Assembly (NCBI RefSeq): GCF_021869535.1
Contig: NW_026262684.1
Location: 1,798,001-1,862,000 of the forward strand
Origin: Mytilus californianus
Lineage: Eukaryota
Direction: 5' to 3'
Length of the DNA stretch: 64,000 bases
Shown here piece by piece: positions 35,983 through 49,186 of this stretch. Numbering within the stretch: position 1 is the first letter of the stretch; the number at the start of each line of letters is the position of its first letter. The notes under the pieces were generated by a model. It saw only the letters and a list, made by a program, of their open reading frames with translations. It was not told the DNA's origin and searched no databases. The translations under genes were made by a program, and so were the position numbers.

Positions 35983-37154
35983 GTTTTGAGATTCGACGAA
36001 ACCTAAAAAATAAGCAGTAATCGTTATAACTGGAATATAAAACATTTTTTTTTCTAAAGAGTTAGCTTAAAATTTCGGATAACATTTTAGACTCGATCTA
36101 AGTTTTATGATATGTAATGAAAAGGGGTGGTTTGTAAAAAATAAATAAAATGAACCTTGATTTGTAATTTGTACGGTTTTTCATTTATTCTTTGACATAA
36201 ATCCTCGTTAAAAGGTCCTTTTTTCAATGTTACTCTTGTTCTTTATCAAACCATATTGTACAACGTAAAAATAAGTATAAATTCCCTCAATGACGTAATG
36301 AGAACATAACATTTAACCAATCAAGTACTATTTAAGTTGCATAAAAATTACATGAATGCATAAAAGATATAATACACATGCACAAAATAAAACATTCTGA
36401 TTGCAAAAATATCTACATTAAGCAAAACAGAAACAAAAGAAAGTTTAATTGCAAATGTCTAGTCTGACCTCACGGAAATGGTTCCACAATGCATAATTAC
36501 AACCTTTCATAGAGTGCAGGATATCATCACATGTTGAAAATACCTTTTATGTTATAATATTCAAATAAGATATTTGTCTGGGCAAATATTAATTTGTGTA
36601 ATTGATATACAACTTTTAGCTCGAAAGATGCCAAGAGTTTTTTTTACATTAGTATGATTAACAACACGGGGGCGCGCATATAGATATTGCAAAGTTTTTT
36701 TTACAGTCGACTATATTTTATCTTAAAAAAAATATATAGTATATTTGATTGGTTACTAAGTGTCTATTTGATACAGTTGAAAGTCTTAAAATGAAGGTAT
36801 TAATGTTTGTCTTACACTTTAAACATACTGCTGAACTGAAATATTTGTGAATGAATTGTATTTCATTAAATGGACGTATAATATAAAAAATTTCTATCAA
36901 ATTAAGAAAAGTTCATTTTTCGTTAAAAAAAATGCCTGCTTTCGGTTAACAGTTTGAACAGTCGCTACAAACAACATGTTCTATCTACGGTACATATATA
37001 TGTGACCTTCCTAAAATCTTTTAGAGAACACACACAACTATTGTATTTTTGTATTGAGATATTGGCATATTTGTTATTGTGGGGTGTTTTTGTACAATTG
37101 GTCTGCATCAGGCAACGTCGATTTTTGAGGAATTTAGCTATTTTTATGTCCTTT

Positions 37155-37446
37155 TAAGGAATGACAGTAATATTTTTTCTGTCTATGAAGAAATAACATA
37201 AAAAATGTGCCGCACACTGAATAAATATTTTAAAGTGTGCACCACATTTTTTATGTTATTTCGAATAGACAGAAAAATATTACAGTCATTCCTTATAATT
37301 TAATTCTAAATTCCATTTTAAGCCGGGGTAAATCGTGAAAAAACGTTGATGACGTCACGGTTACATGACAAAATTATGTCTATGAGCTGATAGACAAAAC
37401 ACTGTCAGCAAATCAAAAGACGTGTTACATCCAAAATTAAATTATT
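37155..37446. mobile_element. Non-autonomous element with a 141-bp fold-back arm (37155-37295)
   Basis: aaggaatgacagtaatattttttctgtctat / atagacagaaaaatattacagtcattcctt; absent from the paralogous introns of genes 1 and 3. Confidence 0.7.
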
Positions 37447-38049
37447 TGGTTACATAGCTCTTCACAGGTTTAGGTCTTATACATCCTTCGCTTTCAAATG
37501 TTTTGGTTAGAGCGTTCCTTATGACAGTAAATTAAAAAAAAAAGCGTCTAGGACGCACCAAAATTGATAAAGAGTTATTTTCATTTTATATTCTAGTCAA
37601 TATTTCATACTATTTTGAAGCGATCATTTATTTATGTTAATCTGTTGCTTTAGTAATTATAAATTGATTTGGTAAATAACCATGTTGGGAATTTTACAGT
37701 TTTGATCTCTTATCCCATATCAAATTATCAATTATCCCAAAACAACTGACATTTTTGTAGTTATATGAAAAAATCTATGTGCAATTAATCATTAAACTAC
37801 TTGTATTTTACAGTTTTATGATAGACTCGATAGGAATAAGAATGCAGAGAAGTTGCATATTTATATAATTGATTAAAAGTTTAATAGTTATTAAATTGGT
37901 GCATCCGTAGCGCTGTTCTTGATTTACCTTCATTAGGAACGATCAATCACAAAACGTTTAAAAGCAAAGGATGAATTGATGCCTGGATATGTGAGTAAGT
38001 TTATGACCAAAATGGGTAGTAAATGAATACGTCGTTGTAAATATATTGG

Positions 38050-38268
38050 AAATTGATGCGACTGTCATACAAGTGAGAGGTTTAGCGCTATAAAACCAGG
38101 TTCAATCCACCATTTTCTACATTTGAAAATGCCTGTACCAAGTCAGGAATATGACAGTTGTTGTCCATTCGTTTGATGTGTTTTATCATTTGATTTTGCC
38201 ATTTGATTAGGGACTTTCGGTTTTGAATTTTCCTCGGAATTCAGCATTTTTGTGATTTAACTTTTTAT
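38050..38268 (+). mobile_element. Dispersed repeat family Z inserted in the intron of Met-rich gene 2
   Basis: Well-preserved copy; empty site at 49697-49715 and 50400-50425. Confidence 0.85.
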
Positions 38269-38904
38269 ATGAAATATAATTGTAATAGACATGTTACATC
38301 GCGAACTAAATGTCTAGAAATGTACAGAATATGTTATTTGACAACATATAGACTGTTATATTGTATGTATTTCCATGCGAGTTCCCTGTATCTTTGACAT
38401 AGATACATTGCATAATTAACACACAAAATATAAAAAAAGAATAGAATCGATTTGAGAATCCGATATTAAATGAAACCATGCCGAAAAAAAAATGTCCGAA
38501 GGGACTTTAAAATAGAGTGTTTCCTTTAATTGTATAACAAAAAATAATTGGTTGGTCGACATATCATTTTTGTATCAAAAAAGGAAACAGGATAATAATT
38601 CAATTATATATGAACACATGATAAGTCTTTAACAAACTTTTATTTCAATGTTTTGAAAAACGATAATGGTTGATTAACACCACATTATTAAAGCATTGAA
38701 ATAATTAAATTTGAATAAAAGATTAGTCTGAAAGATTTTAGATTAGAAAATGTAATGCGTTATCGGTATTTCATTTACTATTCTTTTTTTGATAACATTT
38801 TGTCTTTTTAAAATATGATCCTATTTTTTTTTTTTTTTTTTTGTACTTTGATTTAATCGAAATATACCAACTTGAAGGCTGAAACAAATTTACTATTTTC
38901 TTAC

Positions 38905-38965
38905 CTGAGATAACTAGGTGGCAGGTTGGTATCGATGGAAAGCCAAGGAAAGTTCTGCGATCGTT
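38905..38965 (-). other. Non-coding exon 1 of Met-rich gene 2 (intron 36003-38904)
   Basis: Donor CTCAG|GTAAG, conserved leader sequence. Confidence 0.75.
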
Positions 38966-38981
38966 CCAACCATCATTCGCC

Positions 38982-39027
38982 TATTTATGCAATCTATTAT
39001 TTTTGCTCATTAAGCTTATTACGTAAT
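38982..39027 (-). promoter_or_regulatory. Promoter of Met-rich gene 2: CATAAATA plus ATTACGTAAT
   Basis: Positional conservation with the other units. Confidence 0.65.
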
Positions 39028-39377
39028 AAGACATATGTCTTATTGAAAATATGCCACGACATTTATTTTCATCAAATTTATGTAATAGTCAATACACGAT
39101 AGCCATGTCTTGCACATACTTGTCAAATAATACATCTGTTCAACATCATAAAATTAACACTTCAATTTACACAACTATTTTGATGGTGGTCATAAGATAA
39201 CATGCTTTTTCATTGAGTTTTTATCTCGTTGACATGTAGCCGACAGCTTCCTTCATTCATTCAAATGAAGACATTGTGTAAAAATGTTTTAAATTGTAAT
39301 TATCTACATTTAAAGCCATTTGACCCACATCATATAAAATCTCTGTTGTCATGGATTTAACAATTTCTGATTTAAAG

Positions 39378-39465
39378 ATAAATTAATGTAGTGGTGCATG
39401 TAGTCGTTTACGGTACATGTTTGAAGACAAATGTGGCTCTGTAATGTACGTAACAGAACGATGTG
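39378..39465 (+). pseudogene. Orphan copy of the same exon (stop codon)
   Basis: aat TAA tgt agt ggt gca tgt ... atg tac gta aca gaa cga tgt g|gtagg versus 15035-15117. Confidence 0.8.
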
Positions 39466-40755
39466 GTAGGAAATTACTGGTATGCGAAACGTTATCTTAT
39501 TGAGTTTATCTTAAAACTTTGATACAAAATCTATTTTTAGGAACTATTGAACTATGCAAAGAAAGGAATACATTCATGACCTACTTTTCAAGATATTTCG
39601 GATTATCTTGACTTATTTTAGGTAGAAATACAAATTTTCATTGTTTCAATACTTCGTCGTAAAAAAACGTTTCAAATTAAAAGAATAGATTTTGGAAAGT
39701 GCTCAATAGGCCTTTTATAAGTTGCAGGTAAAACAAGATAAAGTTGTTATGATATCAAGCAAGTATCGACGACAAAAAGTCTCAGATAGCTTTCGTGCCA
39801 ATACAAATGCACGCAGACAGAAAAGGCGTTGATTTTGATTGTAATTAATGCCAAAACATTCGCAAGGCAATACATAATCAATTAACTGCCAATACATGGA
39901 GGTTTATAATAACTGGTCACTGATCATAAAAACAGAAAACTTGTTAATGCTAAAGAGATGGTATTTCTGTATTTGAAGCAAAATCACTTTGCGGTGAATT
40001 GCTTATGCCACAATGTTATACGAATTCCTAACATTTATGGAATAGTTTTGGTGTCAGAAAAGTCATCATTTGTTTATTTAACTCAAGCTTTGTGTCCACA
40101 GTCGATTTTATGTCACCTTCCTTTTTTGGGTTCAATCAATTTTTCTGTTTACGGTCATAATGTAGGGACCATGCATAACAATTCTGAGTGGTGGTATATT
40201 TTATAAAAATACTTGACGTATAAAACTAGATATCACTTCAATCAAAAACCAAGTTTATAATGAAATTAAGATAAAGTGTAATTTTATAAACATAATAAAA
40301 CAGCTCAACTCAAAGAAATTGATAACATAAATTGCCCTCTGTCAACTACGAAAGCTTGAAATCAAATCATTTGTATACCTACAATGTATGTAGGTATAAA
40401 AGTATAAAAACATTGCCAAAAAAACTCCAAGGTAAATCCAAAAAGGAGAAGTCCTTAAAAACTGACAAAATCAAACGTTATCAATCAACGGAACGAGCGA
40501 AAAACAAGTGTAATGTTCCGTGCACATTTCAGATAAAAATAGCAGTAGCTTCCAACAATGTTTTTAATTTTTCCTACCAAAAAAGGAAGTGTACATAGTT
40601 GTTTAGAAATAACACAAGTATATCAATATTAATTTTTAAATCATTTTCATTATTCAACATGTTTTAACTGAAATCTAACTTACTAATTCTTTGGAAACAG
40701 ATTAAAGTAAGCACTGTTGCTTGTTTATGGATACATTTTTTATAATGTGTTATCT

Positions 40756-40782
40756 TATATATATATATATATATATATATAT
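40756..40782. repeat. (TA)n microsatellite
   Basis: About 13 uninterrupted TA units. Confidence 0.9.
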
Positions 40783-41239
40783 TATCATGCTTTGATTTAT
40801 TGAATAAAAATGGTTTAAACCAACTAATTCTTATTATTAATTATAAAACACATGATGCTTTTGTCCAAATAACGTAAAAAAACATGGACTTTTCTCTATG
40901 TCATTTTTTATTCTGGGCCTACACATATCAAGTCTCATAGCAGATATACTTTACCGGTCGAAGGAGGTTATGAGCGTAGTAGTACAAAACACGTATTTAG
41001 TTCATGAAAAAGTAAATTTGAAATGAAAATGAAAAAGGATATTACAGAGGCCCACCACGTTTGCGTTAATTCACCTCTTTTGACCTCACCTTTGCAATGA
41101 TATTTAAAACATTTGACTTTTGTAACCTTTACATAAGTATTCCTATTCCAAACTAAAAGACAAATTGAAAGAATCGGTCGTGCTTTGTTTCATAAAAAAG
41201 AATTACCAACGCAGAAATAATAATATTTTCTAAGGGATT

Positions 41240-41835
41240 AATCAATCGTACTTTGGAAAAAAATTATTTCTGTTTAAAAAGCTCTAAAACTTACATTATC
41301 AACATGCTTGACTACACATTTGCTACTATTCAAGATCTTGGTTTTCAACAAACGATTGGAATTCATAAGAGCACCAACTGTTTTCCCCTTCGTACTGACT
41401 TGTTCCTTTATTCATAAGAGGCTGACTTCATACAGGAGCTTCTTAAGAAGAATGAAAATAAGCTAGCATCTAGCATTATCCTTTAACTTCAACTTCCGTT
41501 GTAAAGATGATGTTTTCTAACCGAATAATTCAAAGTTTTGAGACTCTGTTGAACGCAACTATTCCATCGAACTTGAAATAAAAGATACAACTGTTAAATC
41601 TTCTTCATATCTTTTCTTACATCTAGAAATTAACAATGAGGGTTGGTTAAGAACAAAAACTTTACTACTAAAGAGATGATTTCAGCTTCCTAATTGTGAA
41701 CTTTTCATTTCAATGTAGCAATATTCCAGCAGCGTATGGAGTGTATGTCTCCCAGCTGATACGATATTCCAGAGCTTACATTTCCTATCATGATTTTCTT
41801 GATAGAGAATTGTTGCTCTTAAGGAAACTATTGAC
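41240..41835 (+). mobile_element. Degenerate fragment of the same PLE reverse transcriptase
   Basis: Matches the reverse complement of ~4540-5110 (FQQTIGI..., EADFIQELL, LHLEINNEG, CSNIPAAYGVY) with stops and frameshifts. Confidence 0.85.
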
Positions 41836-41839
41836 TAAT

Positions 41840-42140
41840 GTAACCCCGCCATTTTCTATACGTGCTTGGCAGAAGCCTGTTAGTCAGTGGTTGTCGTTTG
41901 TTGCTGTATATCATATTTATTTTTCGTTAATTACTTTGTACATTAATCAGGCCGTTAGTTTTCTCGTTTGAATTGTTTTACATTTGTCATTTCGGGGCCT
42001 TTTATAGCTGACTATGCGATATGGGTTTTATTTATTGTTGAAGGCCGTACGGTGACCTATAGTTGTTAATTTCTGTGTCATTAGGTCTCTTGTGGAGAAT
42101 TGTCTCATTGGCAATCATACCACATCTTCTTATTTTTATA
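41840..42140 (+). mobile_element. Dispersed repeat family Y
   Basis: Well-preserved copy. Confidence 0.75.
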
Positions 42141-42949
42141 TGAAAGCAAGAGTGCCGTGTGTAAAATTGAAATCACCAATTCCGGTATTATACAGACGCC
42201 ATCATGAGTTTTTATAGATTGTAAAAACAATTATTTCCCCATAGACGACTATAGGGGCCGTTTTCGAGATACAGACTTTAGGAAATAGATTTAAAGAACG
42301 AAACCTTGCTATATTAAAAGAAAAATTATTAGGACAGTACTTTTTGGTCCAAAAAATATAGGTTCCCATTGATTTTCTTAACGTAATTTGTACTTATCTC
42401 CAATGGCTATCAATTCTACACTTAAGTAAACCTGTCTCATCACAGCGTAGAAAAGACTTCTCAGTTCCGTTAGGGTTAAGGAAAATAGATCATTTTGCCT
42501 TTGGTATAATGCAGAGAATATAACACATATCGGCCAATCAATTAGCTATACTCTTAATTCTGATTACATAATATTTAATGGTTGATTGTAACCTTTAACC
42601 GTTATGGAATATCTGTTTCAGAGAGCACCCCTGAGATCACCCCTAGATTTGTTTAAATAGTGCTCGTGTTGATCTTCCCTTCGTTTTAAGTGTCCTTCTT
42701 TGTGTTTTTGAACTTTTCAATGTCTGTGTTGTTTATACCGATAACATACTTTGTCATTAAAACGTATTTCAATTTCAAAATCTCACACTCGTTCAAGTTT
42801 CAGGGTGAGAAAACTATACATGACCGATGGTTTACGAATTTTGTGATGTCTTAGGGTTAGTTAAGAAACAATTACCATTTTTTTTTTTTTGCCTGATGCC
42901 TCATCTCTTGATATTACTGAGCAGCTAATGTTATAGGAGTAACACTACG

Positions 42950-43150
42950 GGTTCCGGATCACCTGAGATCACTTCCGGATTTTTGTTGTGTTCATTTTAT
43001 TAGGTTTTTAGTTTTCCTCGTTGTGTTATGTAAATTGTTATTTGTCTTCTTTTCGTTTCTTGTTGTTTTGTCATGGCGTTTCAGCTTGTTTTCGGCTTAT
43101 GAGTTTGAATATCACTTTCATGACTTTGGTATATTTTGACTCTCTTTTGC
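42950..43150 (+). mobile_element. PLE 3'-UTR-derived fragment
   Basis: ccggatcacctgagatcac...gactctctttt. Confidence 0.65.
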
Positions 43151-44469
43151 AAATAACATAATTATTTGAATAACTACATACATGTTTTAACTCATGATAT
43201 TAAAGAATCATTGAAATATATTGTATTGTTATTACATGATAACAGGACTATGAAATTAAATAGCACGTACGACTACCAGAAAACACACTAACTCGTCTTA
43301 ATTTTTCAGACAATAGAATCGATTCATGGTTTGGAATAAAGTAAACTCTCAATCAAATTAAAGAGGAATAATCACAAAAATAGCAATAACGACTGAGAAT
43401 GAATCGGATTAAATTTTGCTTTAATGTCGTTCTGTAAATTCTTAGTATCTTTAGTATACAAATGGAGTTACCAAGAAGTAGTTCACGTGTGATTCTCATA
43501 GATCGTCATGGAGCAGATAAAACAACAATTTACCAGTGAACGAGTTAGTGATCATACATCTAAAGCATCTCATCAAGATTTAATTCCATATTAGGATTCA
43601 TTATGCATAATTCAAAGTTAATTCATTTTCAATTCAGTAACTGGTAATGTTATCGATAAAAACTAATGCTGATAAACGTCACGACATACGTTCTGTCTGA
43701 CATTCTGTTTTTTTAATAAATTTTACCTACCTACAGCAACCCTAAGCATATATTCTGGTTTTATGTTTTATTGAAGTCATTGCTTTGACCCGAATCTGTG
43801 CAACATATATTTTGCTTTCAGTCCGGTTTATAAATGAGGAAGTTGTACATTATAGTATTAACATTGAGTTGTTCCATAGTCATAATTCGATTGAGCAAAA
43901 CCATATCCGGGTTACAAACTAAAGCCGAGGGAAACACATCAACTGCAAGAGGAAAACAACGGAACAAATGAAGCAATTGACTTCAACAAAAGCAAACACC
44001 AATATACATAGAAACGGACTATCTGCTAACAATTGCCATATTCCTGACCTGGCACAGGAAATTTCAAGAAAAAATAGTGGGTTGAACCTGGTTTTATGGC
44101 TAGCCAAACCTACCGCTTATATGGCAATGTTAAAAATACCGCTAAAATGACAACACATTTTCATGTTTTCTTAGACTCTTTATTGCGTCTCCAAACTAAA
44201 TCCATTGGATGATTGATTGGTATTTAAATCGAGGTAACATGATTAAATTATTAGTTGTAAATAGCTTTTAACTTGTTCTCAATAACTGCGAGTACTCTAA
44301 GATTGGCACTTTTTGTATAAGATTTTTTTTATCGGTTGATTTTTGTGCTTCATGTAATTTTACAAGCCATTTTTAACTAAATATTACAGTTTGTTCGTGC
44401 AATGTACTTCTACACCACTGTTCCAGCTTTGGGAATGATAGAGAGCTCTCAAACATGTTGATCCTTGCA

Positions 44470-44700
44470 ACATTTTGCATGCGCCCGTCCTAAGCCAGGA
44501 GCCTGTAATTCAGAGGTTGTTGTTGGTTGCTGCCAATTTAAATTTATTTTTTGTTCATTGTTTTGTTTATAAAATAGACCGTTGGTTTTCTCGTTTGAAT
44601 TGATTTAAAGTTTGTTAAATGAGTGCATTGCAAAGCGTGCTATACGGTATAGATTTTGTTTCTGGTTGAAGGCCGTACAATGACCTATAGTTATTCAACC
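44470..44700 (+). mobile_element. Dispersed repeat family Y (partial)
   Basis: gaaggccgtacaatgacctatag. Confidence 0.65.
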
Positions 44701-45298
44701 CGTTTAGAGTGAAAATGTAAATCTTTTCTTAGTTTGAAATGTCAAACAAAGGCCATAAATCTGTCATGGCATTATGACTAAGGCATAGATAATATTATGT
44801 TAAAACCAAAAACTGAGTATATAAATTTCATAGAGGTTTTGAGCTTTTAGATTTTTCTGATCGCCATTTAAAACAAAAACAGAAAAAAACATCTGCATAC
44901 ACATGAGCTGATGGGACAATTTACATAGATTATTAATGCAAAGTATGTCTATAAAAGAATGAAGGTAATTGAAAAGGAACTTGATTTGTTCACATATTAA
45001 TGTTACATGCATCTGATATTTATTCTTATTATATATTTAGTAGTAAAGACAAGTAAATTGTATGTGTAATAAAATCGATGGTAATCATGCTGTATCAGCC
45101 AACAGTGATGATATCGATATCAGTCACGGTTGCAAAGGCTTTATCAAATCCCTTATCTGTAAGACGTTACGTAATTGACATCTGTCACGGTTACAAGGGC
45201 TTCATCAAACCCCTTATGTATGTTTTACGTCATGTCACGTGAAAAACCATCTAAATTAGTTGTACTTGAGGTAAATGTATATAATAAAGTGTTTATGA

Positions 45299-45418
45299 TA
45301 TGGCTTTTACAATATCACACTCTGTATTAACCCTCAACCACTATAATCCCTCGAGCAGAACTCTTGGGATTATATTGGTGTCTCGGGTTGATACAGGTAT
45401 GATATTGAAAAAGCCATA
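45299..45418. repeat. Imperfect fold-back hairpin (~120 bp), probably part of a non-autonomous element
   Basis: tatggcttttacaatatcacactctgtattaaccc versus gggttgatacaggtatgatattgaaaaagccata; a ~61-bp direct repeat lies just upstream (45123-45240). Confidence 0.7.
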
Positions 45419-46629
45419 TGATATTCTCTATATAATCAATCAAATGTTTTAATAACCTATCTTAAGACTTGTATAGGTTGTTTTCAGTTTTAGATTTATT
45501 TTTTTTATGTATCTAATTAAATAATGAAGCAACAATTTCTGATGTGTCTTCACATAAAAACACATTGTATCTTTTATTCTCCTTGCATGTATATATTCAT
45601 AAATCGCAGATGATAAATTTACTTTGATAAAGTGTGGATTAATGCTGGTATTGAATATTAATTAAGTTAAGCAATAATTACCACCCATGAAGCAGAGAAA
45701 ATAAACATGTGGTATTTATTAACAAACAAATTATAGTTGGAGTGACAGATTTATTTGACAAAATTGTGTTTTCCTTAGTGGTGCAGATGATGAGTTTAGA
45801 TATATCCAACATCATTTTGCTACAAATACTTTGGGATAGGTGTAGAACAGTTACTTGCATGTACGTCATCTGGTCCCTAGTTAATAGTTGTCTCATTGGC
45901 ATGCACACCACAGTTTCTTATCTTATATATGAGGAGGATGTACACGTGCATACACTGTCAACGCACCTGGTGATATCGGGGGTTTGTAAAAACAAAGCAT
46001 CATTCGAAGAAAGGCAAATAACACGCGGCAACAAAGCAAACAACCCACTGTATAGAAAAAAGTGAATGTGGAGCACACCAGAATTAAAATCTCTAATTTG
46101 AAAGTGACGAATATAAACCTCTCATTTGCATTACATATCCACCTTACCACTTTCACAAATGCGTGTCTCTTCCAGAGCTACTACTTGAATCATCATAGAC
46201 TGAAGTGACCGCATATTAGTACTGTATACACATATGCATATTCACGGTACTACACTCTGTCGATACCTATATTTTGGCTTTGCACAAGGTCATGTTTTTC
46301 TCTGACTGTTAATGATTACTTACACTAAATTGGATGTTGGATTTGTACTGATTGATATTTTATTCTTAGATACATGATTTCTTTTATTAGTTGTTATTGG
46401 CTTTGAACTAGCTGTCAGTAACTGCGAGTAATATCAGATTTTACTTTCTATCTTTTTTGTTGTAAGGGATGTATAGATATCCTGCCACGTACGGTTTTGT
46501 TTTGCTAGATGCATTTCGGCTTTGTTTTGATCTGATGAGTTTTTGCTAGATGCTTTTCTGCTTTGTATTGATGTGATGAATAAAACCCTTTTCAACTGAT
46601 TGTTATAGTTTCTTCTTATGTTAGTTTTC

Positions 46630-46806
46630 TCAATTGAATTGTTTCATATTTTTGCATGTCGGGGCCTTTTATAGCCGTCTATACGGTATGGGTTTTCTCA
46701 TTGTTGAAGGCCGTACGGTTGCCAATAATTGCTTAAATCCACTTCCTTTGAACTTTGGTGGATAGTTGTTTTATAGGCAATCATACCACATCTCCTTATT
46801 TTTATA
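46630..46806 (+). mobile_element. Dispersed repeat family Y (3' part)
   Basis: ggggccttttatagc...caatcataccacatct. Confidence 0.7.
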
Positions 46807-46939
46807 TTTTAGTAATAGTTGTTTACGAAATATTAATCTCACTCAGAGAGAGAAGCTGAATTACTTTATTCCCATTTGTGCGACTTTGCCGAATTTGTTA
46901 TTCTTTTACAAAGTAGTTACTGATAACAGTAAACAACTC

Positions 46940-46945
46940 TTTATT
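46940..46945 (-). terminator. Polyadenylation signal, Met-rich gene 3
   Basis: AATAAA on the - strand. Confidence 0.5.
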
Positions 46946-47039
46946 ATGCATGATATATTCATTTATATGCAAATTATCTACAACTGTTTTAGAATTATAT
47001 AATATGTAAATATTCATCAGTATTAAAAAAAGCGTTTGT

Positions 47040-48359
47040 TTAATATCCTCCCTTTTTCATTGGCATGGGCATTGGCATTGGCATCATTTCCATCATTTTC
47101 ATTTTCATTGGCATAGGCATTGGCATTGGCATATCAGGTTTCATCATGTCCATCATTTTCATTGGCATTGGCATATCAGGCTTCATCATGTCCATCATTT
47201 TCATTGGCATTGGCATATCAGGCTTCATCATGTCCATCATTTTCATTGGCATGGGCATTGGCATTGGCATATCAGGTTTCATCATGTCCATCATTTTCAT
47301 TGGCATGGGCATTGGCATATCAGGCTTCATCATGTCCATCATTTTCATTGGCATGGGCATTGGCATTGGCATATCAGGTTTCATCATGTCCATCATTTTC
47401 ATTGGCATTGGCATATCAGGCTTCATCATGTCCATCATTTTCATTGGCATATCAGGCTTCATCATGTCCATCATTTTCATTGGCATATCAGGTTTCATCA
47501 TGTCCATCATTTTCATCGGCATTGGCATTGGCATTGGCATACCAGGTTTCATCATGTCCATCATTTTCATTGGCATTGGCATATCAGGCTTCATCATTTC
47601 CATCATTTTCATTGGCATCATTTCCATCATTTTAGGCATCATTTCCATTTTCATTGGCATCATATCCATTTTAGGCATCATTTCCATCTTTCCTTTCATC
47701 TCCATCATTTCTTTCATTTTCATCATGTCCATCATTTCTTTCATTTTCATCATTTCCATCATTTTACCTTTCATTTCCATCATTGGCATCATTTTCATCA
47801 TTTCCATTTTACCTTTCATTTCCATCATTTTCATCGGCATCATTTCCATCATCATAGGCTTCATTGGCATCATTTCCATCATGCTACCTTTATTGCTCAT
47901 TCCGCCCATCATTTCCATCGGCATCATAGGCTTCATTGGCATCATTTCCATCATACCACCTTTATTGCTCATTCCGCCCATCATTTCCATCGGCATCATA
48001 GGCTTCATTGGCATCATTTCCATCATGCCACCTTTATTGCTCATTCCGCCCATCATTTCCATCGGCATCTCAGGTTTCATTGGCATCATTTCCATCATAC
48101 CACCTTTATTGCTCATTCCGCCCATCATTTCCATCGGCATCATAGGCTTCATTGGCATCATTTCCATCATACCACCTTTATTGCTCATTCCGCCCATCAT
48201 TTCCATCGGCATCATAGGCTTCATTGGCATCATTTCCATCATGCCACCTTTGCCGCCCATTCCGCCCATCATTTCCATTGGCGGCGGCATCTTTTTCATG
48301 CCATAGGCGTTTACGCCAGCCAATATGGCTACAGTTGTAAGCACGAAAAATGTTGCCAT
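47040..48359 (-). CDS. Secreted methionine-rich repetitive protein 3 (439 aa)
   Basis: MATFFVLTTVAILAGVNA-YGMKK after acceptor ttttcag|gtttc (48379); about six 72-nt Gly-containing repeats, core, KMMDMMKPDMP repeats, ends KKGGY. Confidence 0.93.
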   Translation of the reverse strand: MATFFVLTTVAILAGVNAYGMKKMPPPMEMMGGMGGKGGMMEMMPMKPMMPMEMMGGMSNKGGMMEMMPMKPMMPMEMMGGMSNKGGMMEMMPMKPEMPMEMMGGMSNKGGMMEMMPMKPMMPMEMMGGMSNKGGMMEMMPMKPMMPMEMMGGMSNKGSMMEMMPMKPMMMEMMPMKMMEMKGKMEMMKMMPMMEMKGKMMEMMKMKEMMDMMKMKEMMEMKGKMEMMPKMDMMPMKMEMMPKMMEMMPMKMMEMMKPDMPMPMKMMDMMKPGMPMPMPMPMKMMDMMKPDMPMKMMDMMKPDMPMKMMDMMKPDMPMPMKMMDMMKPDMPMPMPMPMKMMDMMKPDMPMPMPMKMMDMMKPDMPMPMPMPMKMMDMMKPDMPMPMKMMDMMKPDMPMPMKMMDMMKPDMPMPMPMPMKMKMMEMMPMPMPMPMKKGGY

Positions 48360-48984
48360 ATTTTGAGATTCGACGAAACCTGAAAAAAAGACAGTTCTCG
48401 TTATAACAGGAATATATATATATATTATTCAAACATGCATTTTCCAAAATAATTTGCTTAAATTGGAGATAAAATTTCGGTCACGATCTGAATATAAGGA
48501 TATGTATATTAAATGAGTAGTTTGTAAAAAAAGTTACAATGAACCTGGATTTATGATTTTTTAACTGAACATACGTTTTTCCATTTATTCTTTGACATAC
48601 GTCCTCGTTAAAAAGTTTTTATTTCAATGTAACTTTTGTTCTTTATCAAGTGTAAAAATAAGTACAAATTCCCTCAATGACGCAGTGAAAACTTAACATT
48701 TAACCAATCGAGAACTATTCCAGTTGCATGAAAATTACCTGAACGCATAAAACCTATAATGTCAATACAAAATAATAATTCATTCTCATTGCAAGAATAT
48801 CAAACTTAAGCACAAAATAAAAGAATACTAATGATAGAAATGTTATTCTATCAGCTTTAGAGAATGTTAACCTTCCTTTGAAACATTTACTGCTTTTACT
48901 GAACTAGTTTTACATTTGCTGAGTTAATGGATCATGGAAATTTTATATTGGAGGAATTTAGCTATGTTTATGTCTCTTTGGTAT

Positions 48985-49186
48985 GATGGTGAGAGGTTTT
49001 GCTAGCTATAAAACCAATTCAAATCCACCTTTTTCTACATAAGAAAATACCTGTACCAAGTCAGGAATATGACAGTTGTTTTCTATTCGTTTGATCAGCT
49101 TGAGCTTTTCATTTTGCCATTTGTTAAGGGACTTTCCGTTTCGAATTTTCTTTGGAGTTCGGTATTTTTGTTATTTTACTTTTTTG
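48985..49186 (+). mobile_element. Dispersed repeat family Z inserted in the intron of Met-rich gene 3
   Basis: Well-preserved copy; empty site near 27285. Confidence 0.85.

Noticed and set aside
34975-36006. 343-aa His/Trp/Phe-rich ORF that looks like a metal-binding protein
   Set aside because: Reverse complement of Met codons (CAT); the equivalent frame is not kept open in all paralogs. The same applies to the + strand ORFs at 47065-48306 and 58569-59294
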